A DNA stretch of 64,000 nt from Octopus sinensis (taxonomy: Eukaryota): the NCBI RefSeq assembly GCF_006345805.1, contig NC_043000.1, positions 68,572,001 to 68,636,000 of the forward strand, in the 5' to 3' direction. The translations under genes were made by a program, and so were the position numbers. How positions within the stretch are numbered: the first letter of the stretch is position 1; every line of letters starts with the position of its first letter. Below the pieces are notes generated by a model, which was given only the letters and a program-made list of their open reading frames with translations, made no database searches and was not told where the DNA came from. Shown here one piece after another: positions 26,567 to 40,110 of this stretch.

Positions 26567-27807
26567 CAGGGTTGGACAAAATAATGGAAACACCTAGCAT
26601 CATAACATCATAATTTTGAAATATCTATAAAACCGCCAAAAGCTTATTTATTTTTATGCTTTTTGATTTATTATTAGTGTTGTTTAATATGTTTTGTTAA
26701 AATTGCTGTTTCTTTTCAGATATCATCAAAAAAAAGGTAATTAAAATTCATTAAAATGACAGATTTATTGGACTTTTAAAGAGGTCAAGTTATTGGTACT
26801 CGTATGGCAGGTGCTAGCGTAACGAAAGCAGCCGGAATGCTTGGTGTATCAAGCAGTAGTGTCTCGAAAGTAATGACAGCCTTTGAGAAAGAGGAAAAAT
26901 TCTCCACGTCGAAACAAAACTCCGGAAGAAAACCAAAAGTTGCAGATAGGGACCGTCGAACTCTTACGCGAATTGTTAGAAAGGATCACCAAAGTACAGC
27001 TCCCCAAATTACTGCAGAGCTTAATGACCACCCCGAGAACCCACTTTCCATAAAAACTGTTCGCCGGGAACTGCACAAAGCCGGATTTTACGGGAGGGCT
27101 GCAACCAGAAAACTACTACTTTCAAAAACAAACATTGCAACGTGTTGAGAGTGGAGTAAAAACCTACAGAATTGGTCCCTAGAGCAGTGGAAGAATGTTA
27201 TTTTCTCGGACGAGTCATCCTTTACCTTATTTCCGACTAGCGGCCGAGAATACGTGTGGAGACAGCTAAAAGAAGCATTTGGCCCAGACTGCCTTCTTCC
27301 AACTGTTAAACATGGAGGAGGATCTGTGATGATCATGGAGGTGGGGGGTTATATCTTGGAAATCCGCTGGTCCAATGGTTCCCCTTCATGGCAGAATTAA
27401 TAGTGAAGACTAAACATTTTATCTGATCAAATTTATCCTATAGTTGTGGAACTATATCTAGAGAGAAATGCAATCTTTCAGGATGATAATGCCTCAGTTC
27501 ACAGAGCTAGTGAAGTTGAACATCTTATCTGGCCACCACAGTCCTCAGATCTCATTGAACATTTATCATTTATAGTGCATTTTAGGAAAACAAGAAAGGA
27601 GTCGATATCCTTCACAATCATCACAAGAACTGGAGAGTGTTTTAGCTGAAGAATGGACAAAAATTCCTTTGGAAACACTTCAAACTTTGTACGAGTCCAT
27701 ACCTCGTGGAATTCAAGCTATAATTTCTGCCAAAGGCGGTCCTACCCCATATTATAATAAATTTGTTAAAAATTTTAAGGTGTTTCCATTATTTTGTCCA
27801 ACCCCTT
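26567..27807 (+). mobile_element. Tc1-like transposon, near full length (~1.24 kb), transposase disrupted
   Basis: TIRs cagggttggacaaaataatggaaacacct / aggtgtttccattattttgtccaaccc after TA; HTH region GRKPKVADRDRR, VIFSDESSF, TVKHGGGSVMI, QDDNASVHRA, WPPQSSDL; stops and deletions. Confidence 0.95.
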
Positions 27808-27819
27808 TATATATATTCA

Positions 27820-28054
27820 TTCTTTTATTTGTTTCAGTCATTTGACTGTAGCCATGCTGGAGCACCGCCTTTAGTCGAACAAATCGAGCCCAGGGCTTAT
27901 TCTTTGTCAGCCAAGCACTTATTCTAACGGTCTCTTTTTGCCGAGCCGCTAAGTTACGGAAGTGTAAACACACCAACATCTATTGTCAAGCGATGGTGGG
28001 GAACAAACACAGACACACAAACATACACACACACACACAACACACACACACACA

Positions 28055-28145
<91 letters not shown>

Positions 28146-28282
28146 ACAGGCTTCTTTCAGTTTCCGTCTACCAAATCCACTCACAAGGCTTTGGTCGGCC
28201 CGAGGCTATAGTAGAAGACACTTACTGAAGGTGCTTTGGCGGTGGGTTTGAACCCGGAACCATGTGGTTGGTAAGCAAGCTA
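27820..28282 (-). mobile_element. SINE family B with internal (CA)/(TA) microsatellite
   Basis: Reverse complement of the B consensus; 5' ~25 nt missing. Confidence 0.9.
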
Positions 28283-28284
28283 GG

Positions 28285-28461
28285 TGCAGGAGTGGCTACG
28301 TGGTAAGTAGCTTGCTTACCAACCACATGGTTCTAGGTTCAGTCCCACTGCGTGGCATCTTGGGCAAGTTTCTTCTCCTATATCCTCGGGCCGACCAAAG
28401 CCTTGTGAGTGGATTTGGTAGACGGAAACTGAAAGAAGCACGTCGTATATGTGTGTGTGTG

Positions 28462-28498
<37 letters not shown>

Positions 28499-28710
28499 TG
28501 TGCCTGTGCTTATTTCTCCACCCCCAACATCGCTTGACAACCAATGCTGGTGTGCTTACACCCACGTAACTTAGCTGTTCGGCAAAAGAGACCGATAGAA
28601 TAAGTACTAGGCTTACAAAAAATAAGTCCTGGGGTCGATTTGCTCGATTAAATACGGTGCTCCAGCATGGCCGCAGTCAAATGACTGAAACAAATAAAAG
28701 AGTAAAAGAA
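28285..28710 (+). mobile_element. SINE family B (tRNA head, CORE-like cttgggcaagt)
   Basis: gcaggagtggct..gtggtaag A-box, ggttcagtccc B-box, gacggaaactgaaagaag, tail cagcatggccgcagtcaaatgactgaaac. Confidence 0.9.
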
Positions 28711-28745
28711 GATTATATATCAACACACACAAAAGTGTATATAAT

Positions 28746-29790
<1,045 letters not shown>

Positions 29791-30905
29791 TAGCATCGTT
29801 AACATGCTACCTAGCTCCTTCTCTAATAGTAAAATACGTCATTTCATTCATTTTGTTATTTTCTTCTCAAATATATAAAACAAACATTTTAGTGTAGTTT
29901 ATATATCTAAAAATGCTAACAGGAACAAAAATCAATAAATTTTAAAAAATACAGAGGTTTATTGAAGAAAACTTTATTGAGTCAATTCACAAATATATTT
30001 ACAAAACTGCACTTCGTGGTGAGTATAATTTCATTTTATATTTCATATCATATACAGAAATTCCCACAGTCAAAACTGAAGAGAAAAAGAAGTCTTACTC
30101 AATAATAGACCGGAAAACATGAAGTGTATTGAAGCATATGATCTAATCCTGAAGACTCTTTCAAAACCACACGTCGCACCCTAGGTGTCTTAAAGAAGTT
30201 GTAAGTTTGCAACAATAACAATTTGCTGCCTACGATCGCTTTGTCATTTCTTTTTTCTCTTTTTCTCCGTCTTTTTTCCTCCCTGCTATAGTTCTCTTTC
30301 TTTCTCTTTATTCAACTTCTTTTCCTTCTTCCTCCATTCCTTACGCCTTTCTTCTTTTTTGTTCTCTTCTCTTTTCGTTTGAATGAACCATACGTCAATG
30401 CAATGCTGTTCTTTTAATTCTGCACAACATTCCTTCGGCCCATTCGACTTAGAGCAATATTTCACTTGTGAATCTCATGTTTTCCGTTCTATACTATATT
30501 GCATTCTCACTTTAACCGGTTTATTCATTTGATGGTTTATGAAGGTGAGGCAACGCTGACTTGTGAAGGCTTTGCTTCGCGGTGAGAGAAATCGAAAACT
30601 TACTCCACTGCCCTCGCTGTCTCCGAGAATTTTTCTTTTTATTAATTCTTTTTTTTTTTTTTTTTACAAGAGACGTTGTTTCACGAAAGTGACAGTCAAT
30701 ACATATGAATCAGTAGATAATCGACTTGCAGCTTTCTGCAAATTTTTGGCTTTGTACTTACGCTAGTAGTTATTTAGAGCTTGCCGTATTTTTCTAAGAG
30801 TTCAGTGAAATGTGCTGCACTTCACGCGTATAGTTTCCGTTTTATTATTATTATTGTTGTTGTTGTTGTTGTTATTGCTGCTTCTGCTTCTGCTGCTACT
30901 GCTGC

Positions 30906-30959
<54 letters not shown>

Positions 30960-31069
30960 TGTTGTTGTTGTTGTTGTTGTTGTTATACGTGTTATTTATG
31001 AGCTCTGTGAGTTATAGTTTGTGTTGAATTTTTTGAAGATTGATGTTCGTTTGCTTCGTTGGATTTTAT

Positions 31070-32540
31070 CAGTTCGAATTGATTTCATATTCAGCGTAAT
31101 GATACACCTTTATAGGCTAATTAATGACGTGAAAGTAATTTTCCTTATAAATCTATAAATAAAGAGTTATTAGCAATTAAAGTTTGAAACTTTTGGTAAT
31201 TTTAGTCAATCGTAAGCCACAGACACATTCATGACCGTTTTGATAGTAAGAAGCGGAACATGAAAACTCTTTTGTGTCTCAACGTACCTGTTGCCATAGT
31301 AACAAGCGAATCCGAGCAGTCTTTCAAAAGTCTTTTATCTGGGAGGAAACACGTGTTGACAAATTTGACGCTGTGTTCTGTGTGATTATGGCAGCAAGCT
31401 CCAATAACTTCGTTTCTGGAAATGTAGTGATGCTACTGTGTAAGGTTCAGCGCGCATGCGCAGAATGGGACTACTTCAGGTTGGCCACCGGAAGTCTTCC
31501 CCATGCGCATGTGCGGGAAACTGACCCCCTAAGGCACACTCACTCATTCATCCTCTCTGGGCATTTCAGCCATCGTGAACAGACGTGCATTTGGTAGTCT
31601 CTAATAACCACACCGACTTAGCCGCGGACGACATCGAACCACTTCAACCAACGAACAAGAAGCTGTACAACAGATTCGGCTGTCGTTTTCCCTTCAGAGA
31701 TACGTACACCATCACGATTAATAAACAAACTGCTGTCTTTCACCGGTAACCTGACTTCGTCTGTTATATCTAACTAAATTGTATGTGACGGGATCGGATC
31801 GACACCCTTTCAGTGTTACCGATACCAGATCCTGTTACAGAAACATTGAAAACAGAGGAGGATATTTTTAGAATTAAAGCCGAAAGTTAAATGTTTGTTT
31901 TTTAAACATACTTAGTTCACTCTTATTTTCATATATAACTGTGTACATCTCCTGGAACGTTGTCATTCTATGAGATTTTGCTGAAAAATTTTTTAAATTA
32001 ACACATTTATTTACTTGAAAGAAAATTACTGGAGAACTTTCATCTAATTCTTCTAAATATTTCTGTTAAAAATTGTAATGTGTGCATTGCATGTAACGTG
32101 TTGTTTATCGCATTTGCATTAAATGCATATTGAATGCTTAAATGTTTATTTACACATTTCTTTTTGTCATTGAGCATTGAGGTGGTTGTGTTGTGTGCTA
32201 AAAAAAACAGCTAAATAAGATTTTTTTAGATAAACCTTTTAAACTAACATAAACATTTGCATGACAATGTTGTCATACAAATATGACAACACGGGCTATT
32301 TTCAGGATGTTGACAACAAAATATGCAGTCACGCACAAAATGACAGCTTTGAAATCATGTTTCCTGACTGGGTGAAAATGGTCAAATTTTAAACCTCTAT
32401 AACTTTTTAAAAACATTTTTCTGGAAAAAATGAAATAACTCCAGCAATTCAGTTTGGGCAAGTGCATTATTGTGCCAAATTTTAAAATTTTCGGTAAACT
32501 TTAATTTTTGAAATGCTGGTAGCCAAACCGCTTCGTTTGT
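31070..32540 (+). mobile_element. Family F repeat, left part 31070-31364 and right part 31889-32540, with unrelated internal segment
   Basis: Both halves colinear with 47740-47917 and 48418-49230; right end tgctggtagccaaaccg is the inverse of cggtttggctgccagca at the left end of the 47.7-kb copy (putative TIR). Confidence 0.7.
31416..31520. promoter_or_regulatory. Housekeeping/bidirectional-type promoter motif cluster
   Basis: ACTACATTTCCAG on the reverse strand (31416-28, ZNF143-like), GCGCATGCGC (31452-61, NRF1), ACCGGAAGT (31487-95, ETS), ATGCGCATGTGC (31503-14, NRF1-like), GCGGGAAA (31513-20, E2F); locally CpG-rich. Confidence 0.55.
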
Positions 32541-32659
32541 TAACTGCGTGGAACCCTTCTTGTTAACTAGAAGGGGTCCGTTGTTGAGCGTTCGCCCTTT
32601 TGGAGGCAATTTTGGATTTTTAGTCCTTTAAAAAGAATTGCTTTTCATTTAACGAAAAA

Positions 32660-34255
32660 CAATAGATGGACTCCGTTGTCAAGGGGAGTGGCAGTGGCTG
32701 TCCTAGCAGCCAGTATTGATTTGATTTCACCCCTCTGTACAGCTCCAGTACCAGTACAAGCACACGAAACTATTTCAAAAAGTACAAGAACACAAAAATA
32801 TTTCAAAATGTCACGGCACAAATACAGACAGCAACAAGAAAAATACACACATGGACAGCGATGAGATGGACAAGGAACAAAAGGAAAAACGACGATTCAA
32901 CAAGAAAACCATACAGGCGCTGTTTTGCATCGGTCGCTGGACAAACAAAGGAGCAACTTAATCTGACATTAAGACGACATAAAAGACGCGAAGGAGATGT
33001 TAAGGAGGAAAGGAAACGCTGTCCTAAACACTGCTCAAGACTTAATGAGAGACACATGCAAGCGAATTGTGATATATAAATGTCTGAAGATAAAAAAGAA
33101 ATGAATGGAACTAGCTGCTTAACAACAGCTGAAATTGGTACTGAAGCCAATATGGAACCAAAAGACGTATGTGACACGGGGAAGGCGCTTCAGCACAGTG
33201 GAAGTGCATTTTGCAACGGAGCGAGAACCAAAACAGCACTCCACAGTGCCCCTAAAGACAAATGAGGTGCAGCTCGTGCCGTCATGCCTGGATCGGCGCG
33301 TAACCAAAGTGAAAATTGGCGATGTGCCCTCAGAAATAACATATGCTGGCTGGTGGCGGCTCTCCTCCTACACATGGAGGACACCGCCACAATACTGGAG
33401 GTGCACATATTGCACCAATAAAATTGGTCAGGTCAGGGGATAGAGCTCCTTATTCAAATTGAACAAGAGAACATAAATTCCATCCCCGACTTGATGAACC
33501 TGCTGGACGGCACAAAGTTACGCGTGACCGTAGAGGACAGAAGGCAGAGATGCTATTTTTGTTGAAGCGTAAACCATCTCAAGTTCTCTTGCCTCAAATG
33601 CAACAAGTTAGATGAGGCACTTAGATAATGCATCGCGACCGACATGTCGGTGGCGAGGTTAGACCTCGACCAATTTTTCAACGCCTAACACGAAGGCTGT
33701 GTTGTCAGAAATAAAGCACGTTCACTAAACGGAGAAGGAACGAAAACCGCTCGATGGGCCCGAGTGACAGAGGCAAAACGTGCAACAAAACCAACATTTA
33801 GTCTTTGGTAGATGAGAACGGACGGGAAGTGTTTGAACCGAAGCACATGTGTGCGACCTTTCAGTGGCACTTTGCTCGACTGTTTGGGACGAATGGTAGG
33901 ACGGATAACAGGGCAGACTTCGGGGTCTACCTGAATGGCCTGCTGCAACTCTCGATCAGCGAGGCGGAGTGCTGCGAAAGACCGATAACAGCTGCGGAGA
34001 TACAGGAGGCGATGAAGGGCTGCGCGAGGGACAGGTCGCCAGGTTTGGGTGATCTGCCCTACGAGCTTTATATTTCTATGGCTGACTTGTTTGTGGGCCT
34101 CTTAGCAGACGTCTACCGCAACTTGCAACAAAATGGGAGAAATCCTGCTTTTGTTTGTCGAGGAGCGGTGGCACTGCTGAGAAAACTCCTCCTTTTGGAC
34201 ATTTGTATTTGCATCCCTGTGCGCTCTATGTAAGCCCATGATGCCAATAAAGAAA
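32660..34255 (+). mobile_element. Internally deleted Tx1/L1-like LINE
   Basis: ORF1 relic (VTKVKIGDVP, LRVTV, zinc knuckle CYFC*SVNHLKFSC) joined to mid-ORF2 (EPKHMCATFQWHFARLFG, PITAAEI, RSPGLGDLPYELY, RGAVALLRK), homologous to 60360-60900, then a 3'UTR-like end with aataaa. Confidence 0.8.
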
Positions 34256-34262
34256 ACTTTAT

Positions 34263-34405
34263 TAAGGTGGCCAACTGGCAGAATCGTTAGCACGCTGGAT
34301 GAAATGCTTAGCGGTATTTCGTCTGCCGCTACGTTCTGAGTTCAAATTCCGCCGAGGTCGACTTTGCCTTTCATCCTTTTGGGGTCGATGAAAAGAGTAC
34401 CAGTC
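34263..34405 (+). mobile_element. SINE family A, 3'-truncated
   Basis: Head and central domain match. Confidence 0.85.
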
Positions 34406-34406
34406 A

Positions 34407-36990
34407 ACTTTCTTCACTGTTACCTATATAGGAGTCTATACCTACTTAAGCTAACTCCATGCAGTCTCCTACTGATATTAATCCTTTTCCACCTTCATTT
34501 CTATGTAAGTGTAATCTTGCTACTCCTGCACTTGGGTGGAGTCCTCCATTCATATTGCATTCCTTCATGGTCTTGTCTAGCTTTACTAATTCAGTTTTTG
34601 TCTAATCTACAAAAGCCCTTGAATATCTAAGTAATGATACTACCCAAGTATTTACAGCGTTCACTGGATTCAGACCCTTTAGCTTTGACTTCATTTGCTT
34701 CCTCACCCTTCTGATGTACTCTTCAATTTTCGTTTTCATTTCTGTAGTTAGTACTCTGTCAGATTCTAATACTCCTAGACACTTATAACTCTCTTCTCCT
34801 TTCAATGAGTTCAATGCCTGGCCATCTGCTAATTGGATACCTTCGCTGTTGACTACCTGTCCTCTTCTCACGACTAACATTGCATACTTATCTATTCCTC
34901 GCCTATATCTTTGCTGAAGAGTCTTACAGTCTGTATTAAGGAATCTATCCCTTTTTCATTCTTACTAAATAACTTCAAATCATCCCTGAACTGATACCCT
35001 GCCTTTGCCTTCCTTAATACTAAACTGAGGGGGATCAAACATAGAAAAAATATTAAAGGGGACAACGAGTCCCTCTGGAAAATTCCTCTTTTGATATTAA
35101 CTTTCCCTAAGAGTGTATCACCTGAATATAGATCTACTTTCCAATTTTTTCATGCTAAAGCTAATTAATTCACTTATGTTGTCTACTATACTGAACATAT
35201 TCAAACATTCTCTTATCCATGAGTGTGGGATCATGTCACAGACTTTCCTATAATCTATCCATGTTATTGTTAGATTTTTTTTCTTTCTAGCCTTTACTTC
35301 ATTTAGAACAGCTTTGTCTATATATAATAGATCATGCATTCCTCTAGCCTTCTCCCTGCAACCTTTCTGTTCTTCTGATAGTAAAAATTTTAGCTGTCAA
35401 GGTGCTTGTAAATGCTTTCTGAAATCATTCCTGTAAGCATCTTCTACACTAATGGTAAGCAAGTGATTGGTCTACAGTTGCTAGCTGTATTACCTTTGCT
35501 CTTATCCTTCATAATGAGTATTGTCCTCCCTCTAGTCATCCAATCTGGTATTATTCCTCCATTAAGGCAATCCTGAAGTTGTTACCTCAGCCTCCCATGT
35601 AAACTACTGAATCTTTTTAGTCAGTACCCTTGAACTAAATCAGGTCCTGGGCCCTTCCAATTAGGAATTTTTTTTAGCACTTTACTCTAGTTAATCTTAA
35701 ATCTGGCTGCTTCTCAGTCACTACTTCTTTCATCACTTTCTTTAACCATACTGCATCTTCATTATGATTGACTGGTTTATCCCAAATATTACTCCAAAAC
35801 TTTCTAGCTTCCTCTGCATTATGTTTTTCAACTTCAGTACTTTGTTATCCACTATCTATTTGGTTATAAAATCTCCTCTGGTCTGTCTCAAATAATCTAT
35901 TCTTTTCTGATATCTGGAGAGCTTGCCTGCTATTATGATACGCTGTTTCAACTCTTCTATTACTGTTCCAAATCCTGTCTCTTTGACTAAATATCTTTTC
36001 TGTAGGGAATATTTGCATCTTGTGTTTCCTAACTTGTTCAGTTTCCAGGTTTCTATTCTATTCAGATCTCGTCTTAAAGTTTTCACTTTATTGTGTAGTC
36101 TCCTTTTCCACATTTGCCCTTTTTTAAATCTTTCCGTGTGAGATATCTAATCTTCTAGTAACTACTACCCCTCCTGCATAGATCAATAAGTTAATGTCTC
36201 CTATATTTTTAGTATCTATCCTCCTGATAACAGAATCTACTTACCTAGTCATTCCTTCTAGCTTCCTTCTGTTGATGTCTTTTAATGCTGGCAGTTTTTT
36301 TCTTACTTCTTTACTCATTATGTCCTGCAACTCATCTAAGATCTTCTGATCTTCCTCACTTAAATCATTTAAGTCGTTTGTGCAAGTTGTCCCTTCCTTA
36401 TTGGTAGCGCTATTATTATTTTTTTCCTTAGGTTCTTTGGTTTGAGATGTATCTCTTATGTTGTTGTTTGTCATTCCCTCTGCCTAGTCTTTCTTTTCCA
36501 GTTCTATTGTGATCTCTTCTACCTCCAATTCTGTCATCCACTTTCTTCTAATAGCATTAGCTTGATCAACTAATCTCAGCCCAGTCACTTTAAGCATACC
36601 CTTCTCTACCCAAAGTGTTAACATCCGTTTTCTATAACCCCTTCTTTTAGGATAATTTTCTAAGTAGCACTGTATCATTATCCTGTTTTCTTCGCTGGTC
36701 CACTTCCTCCTCCTTGCTCTATTATCTGCTGATGCTGTATTAGGATGCCAGCTGTGGTCAGTCTGCATCTTTACTGATCCACTGCCGAGCGAGAGGCCTT
36801 CCCTTAAAGGTCCAGCTTCATTTTCGCTGCTACAACCATTTATATCGGAAACTCTTGTCTCTCATAAACTAAAGTAAGGTAACGTTCGTCACCATCGGCG
36901 TCACCACTATTATTTCTCGACATCTGAAAGTTTCAAGCAACTTTCTATTTCATCATTTGTTGCACATTTGAGCTGGTGGGGTGGTGTATG
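34407..36990 (-). mobile_element. R4/Dong-like non-LTR retrotransposon relic, 3'-truncated
   Basis: RRKWTSEEN..CY, RGYRKRM, RLVDQANAI, WKRRL; NWKGPGPD, RPITCLP, WIDYRKVCDMIPHSWI, RGIFQRDSLSP, DDLKLF, YKCLGVLE, LHP..GVARLHLHRNEGGKGL; many stops and frameshifts. Confidence 0.88.
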
Positions 36991-37544
36991 CTGAATTTAT
37001 CAGTACGTTTTGTTATGGGTTTTGTTTGAGTCTTCGGTTGTATTAGTTTTTATCTTGTGTGTTGTCTGTGTAGCGCAGGTTGTGTTCTGTCGAGTATCGG
37101 CCTTTCTATGGCTCATGTTGTGGGTTTTGGTCATTTTGTTGGGTATTTACAGTATGAGTTTATTCTTGTATGTTTTTGGAGTTGTGTTGCATAGTAGTGC
37201 GTGTGTGTGTATGTAACTCCTAAATCAATTATTCTGTAATATTTATGGTCATCCGCTAGCCGTTCCTTTGCTTGGTTTTGTTATGGGTTCAGTTAATTAT
37301 TATTATTATTGTTGTTGTTTTTGTTGTTGTTGTTGTTATTATTACTATCACTCTCATTATCATCTTCTTTCAATTCTGTTTCCTTTTCCTGCCAAGTGCC
37401 TTCCTGACACCTAGGACAGAGACACGCACTGTATAAATTTATAGGCCATTAAGTAATCACACCAGATTGTTCGCTTACAAAGTCATGTGATAGAAAAAAT
37501 GAAGAAAGACAGAGAGAAAAAGAGAAAAAATATAAAATATAAAA

Positions 37545-37707
37545 AGTAGGAGTGGCTGTGTGGTAAGTAGCTTGCTTACCAGCCACATGGTTCCGGGTTC
37601 AGTTCCACTGTGTGGTACTTTAGGCAAGTGTCTTCTACTATAGCCTCGGGCCGACCAAAGCCTTGTGAGTGGATTTGGTAGACGGAAGCTGAAAGAAGTC
37701 CGTCGTA

Positions 37708-37780
<73 letters not shown>

Positions 37781-38060
37781 GTGTGTGTGTGTGTTGTGTG
37801 TGTGTGTGGTGTGTGTGTGTGTGTGTGTGTGTGCGTCTATGTTTGTGTCTGTGTTTGTCCCCCCCCCCAAATTGCTTGACAACCAATGCTGGTGTATTTA
37901 CGTCTCCATGACTTAGCGGTTCGGTAAAAGTGACCGATAGAATAAGTACTAGGCTTACAAAGAATAAGTCCTGGGGTCGATCTGCTCGACTAAAGGCGGT
38001 GCTCCAGCATGGCCGCAGTCAAATGACTGTAACAAGTAAAAGAGTAAAGGAAAATAAAGG
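37545..38060 (+). mobile_element. SINE family B, full length
   Basis: aggagtggctgtgtggtaagtagcttgcttacc head through aaatgactgtaacaagtaaaagag tail; internal (TA)n(TG)n. Confidence 0.92.
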
Positions 38061-38624
38061 GCAAAAAAGAAAGAAAATTCACAACGACAATGCTCTTCTC
38101 AATACGTGTGACGTACCAGTTAATACACTGTTTTGCACTTCCTGCATGAATGGTAATCCAGGGTCATTCTCAAATAATTTTCAGTTACTTTATTGATCAT
38201 TTCAAGTACTCCTACAATCACTGGTATTGTAACCGACTTTGCTCCAACTACTGTGTAGTATTATTAAATGTTGTTTAGTTTTTACTTTTGTCTTGTACTT
38301 GAGATAATCATAAATATGTGAGGTTTGGAGGGGATAGTAGGAGAAAGAGAAGAAGGTTGGTGAATAGACCAAATTCCACAGATTTGTAAATAGGTTCGGC
38401 AGATGATGAGGTGATCAACAATTATTATTATTATTATTTTTTTTTTTTCTTCTTTCAAATTTGCTTCCATTTCTTGCCGAGTGTCTTCCCGACTCCTAGG
38501 GCAAAGAAACTCAGAGTATACATTGGTAGGCCATTAAACCAAACTCAGTAGTTCGTTCATTTTTTTTTTTTTTTAATCTTTTTTTTAAAATTAAAATACA
38601 TGAGCAGCAACAGTTATTATTATA

Positions 38625-38684
<60 letters not shown>

Positions 38685-38685
38685 G

Positions 38686-39165
38686 AGTGAGAGAGCAGTC
38701 CATGCCATCAAAGTGACACTGGGGTAAAATATACGAAGCCCAATATACCCATCATGACTACCCGTCTGATAAGGGCACATGCATCACAACCATATGTGCG
38801 CGACATGGTGATCTCATAAAAAGATAAACAGCACATGACCTTGCAGGTGGGGCCCAGTTAGAATTTTCTTCTGGTTGAGTAGCCCATCCCACTCAAAAAG
38901 GTCCCTGAATAAGGGTTGTTTAAGGATGTTGAAAGAACCACCCATGTTTCCAGAGGTGAATTATTCAAACCCCAAAGAATCCCTCTCAACACATGGCTAT
39001 GATGCTCCCCCACTACTTCTGCTCGTGATCAGAGATGCACATATCGTCAGCCACTAAGGGACATGTTCAACTGGTTAAAGTCAAACAACTGACAAGCAAA
39101 TATGTGGTATTGAGCAGAATATTTGCTGTAGCCCATCTTTTATACCAAGACAAAACAATGTACAT
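38686..39165 (+). mobile_element. Dispersed retro-repeat family C
   Basis: Matches 3490-3930 in opposite orientation; flanked by (TAT)n runs. Confidence 0.85.
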
Positions 39166-39267
39166 GATAACACTTCCAATCAGTTTGATAACACTTCCAA
39201 TCAGTTTGATAACACTTCCAATCAGTTTGATAACACTTCCAATCAGTTTGATAACACTTCCAATCAG

Positions 39268-39270
<3 letters not shown>
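39166..39270 (+). repeat. Five perfect copies of the 21-bp unit GATAACACTTCCAATCAGTTT
   Basis: Direct reading; contiguous with the 3' end of the family C element. Confidence 0.95.
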
Positions 39271-39314
<44 letters not shown>

Positions 39315-39320
39315 GTAGTA

Positions 39321-39358
<38 letters not shown>

Positions 39359-40065
39359 TCATTAAGGGAAAAGTTATTGCACAATGAACAAAGCGTGTGT
39401 TTTAAATTATATGGTTTAAATTTTTTTCACTTTTCACTGAGGTTTACTTCGCCTTTTATTTTTCATGGCTTAATAAAATAGGCAGCAAATAAAGTACTGA
39501 AGACAGCTTAATTTAGTACATCTTTCCTCAAAGTATCTGTGGTCCTGTGCCTATATAAGAAATCATTACAATTATTGTTGATTAGAATCTATTATTATTC
39601 TTAGAAACGATTGTAACTATAACTGACAATCCTCTGAGACTTGCTGAGAAAGCCTGGCGAAAGTTCAAAACATGATTGAATAACTTTTTATACTTTCTGG
39701 TAGTTGTAGTATATTTAGTAATTGGGAAGAATAATTTGTTGTGGAATATGTGATTGTAGAAGATATTCGAACTTTATTATTTAGTATGACGATAATGCAA
39801 ACAATACTTTTCCTTTTTTTTTTCTTTTTACGAATGGTGGCAGGAGTAAAAATAGTTGAAGACTGTTGCAATGAAACTCTGTGTTTTGTGGGGAGGTAAC
39901 AGCAATAAAAGAAATAGTAATACGCTGAGCAAGTACAATGTGAATAACTTCAATAGAAGCAGAAAAGTCATCACCAACAATATTAGCAACAATAATTTTA
40001 AAAACAGTATTAACATCACACTCGCACCCGCATAAACACTCCACACACACACACCCGCATAAACA

Positions 40066-40110
<45 letters not shown>

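Noticed and set aside
39166-39270. CRISPR-like regular 21-bp repeat
   Set aside because: No spacers; it is a perfect tandem array at a retro-element tail in a eukaryotic context.
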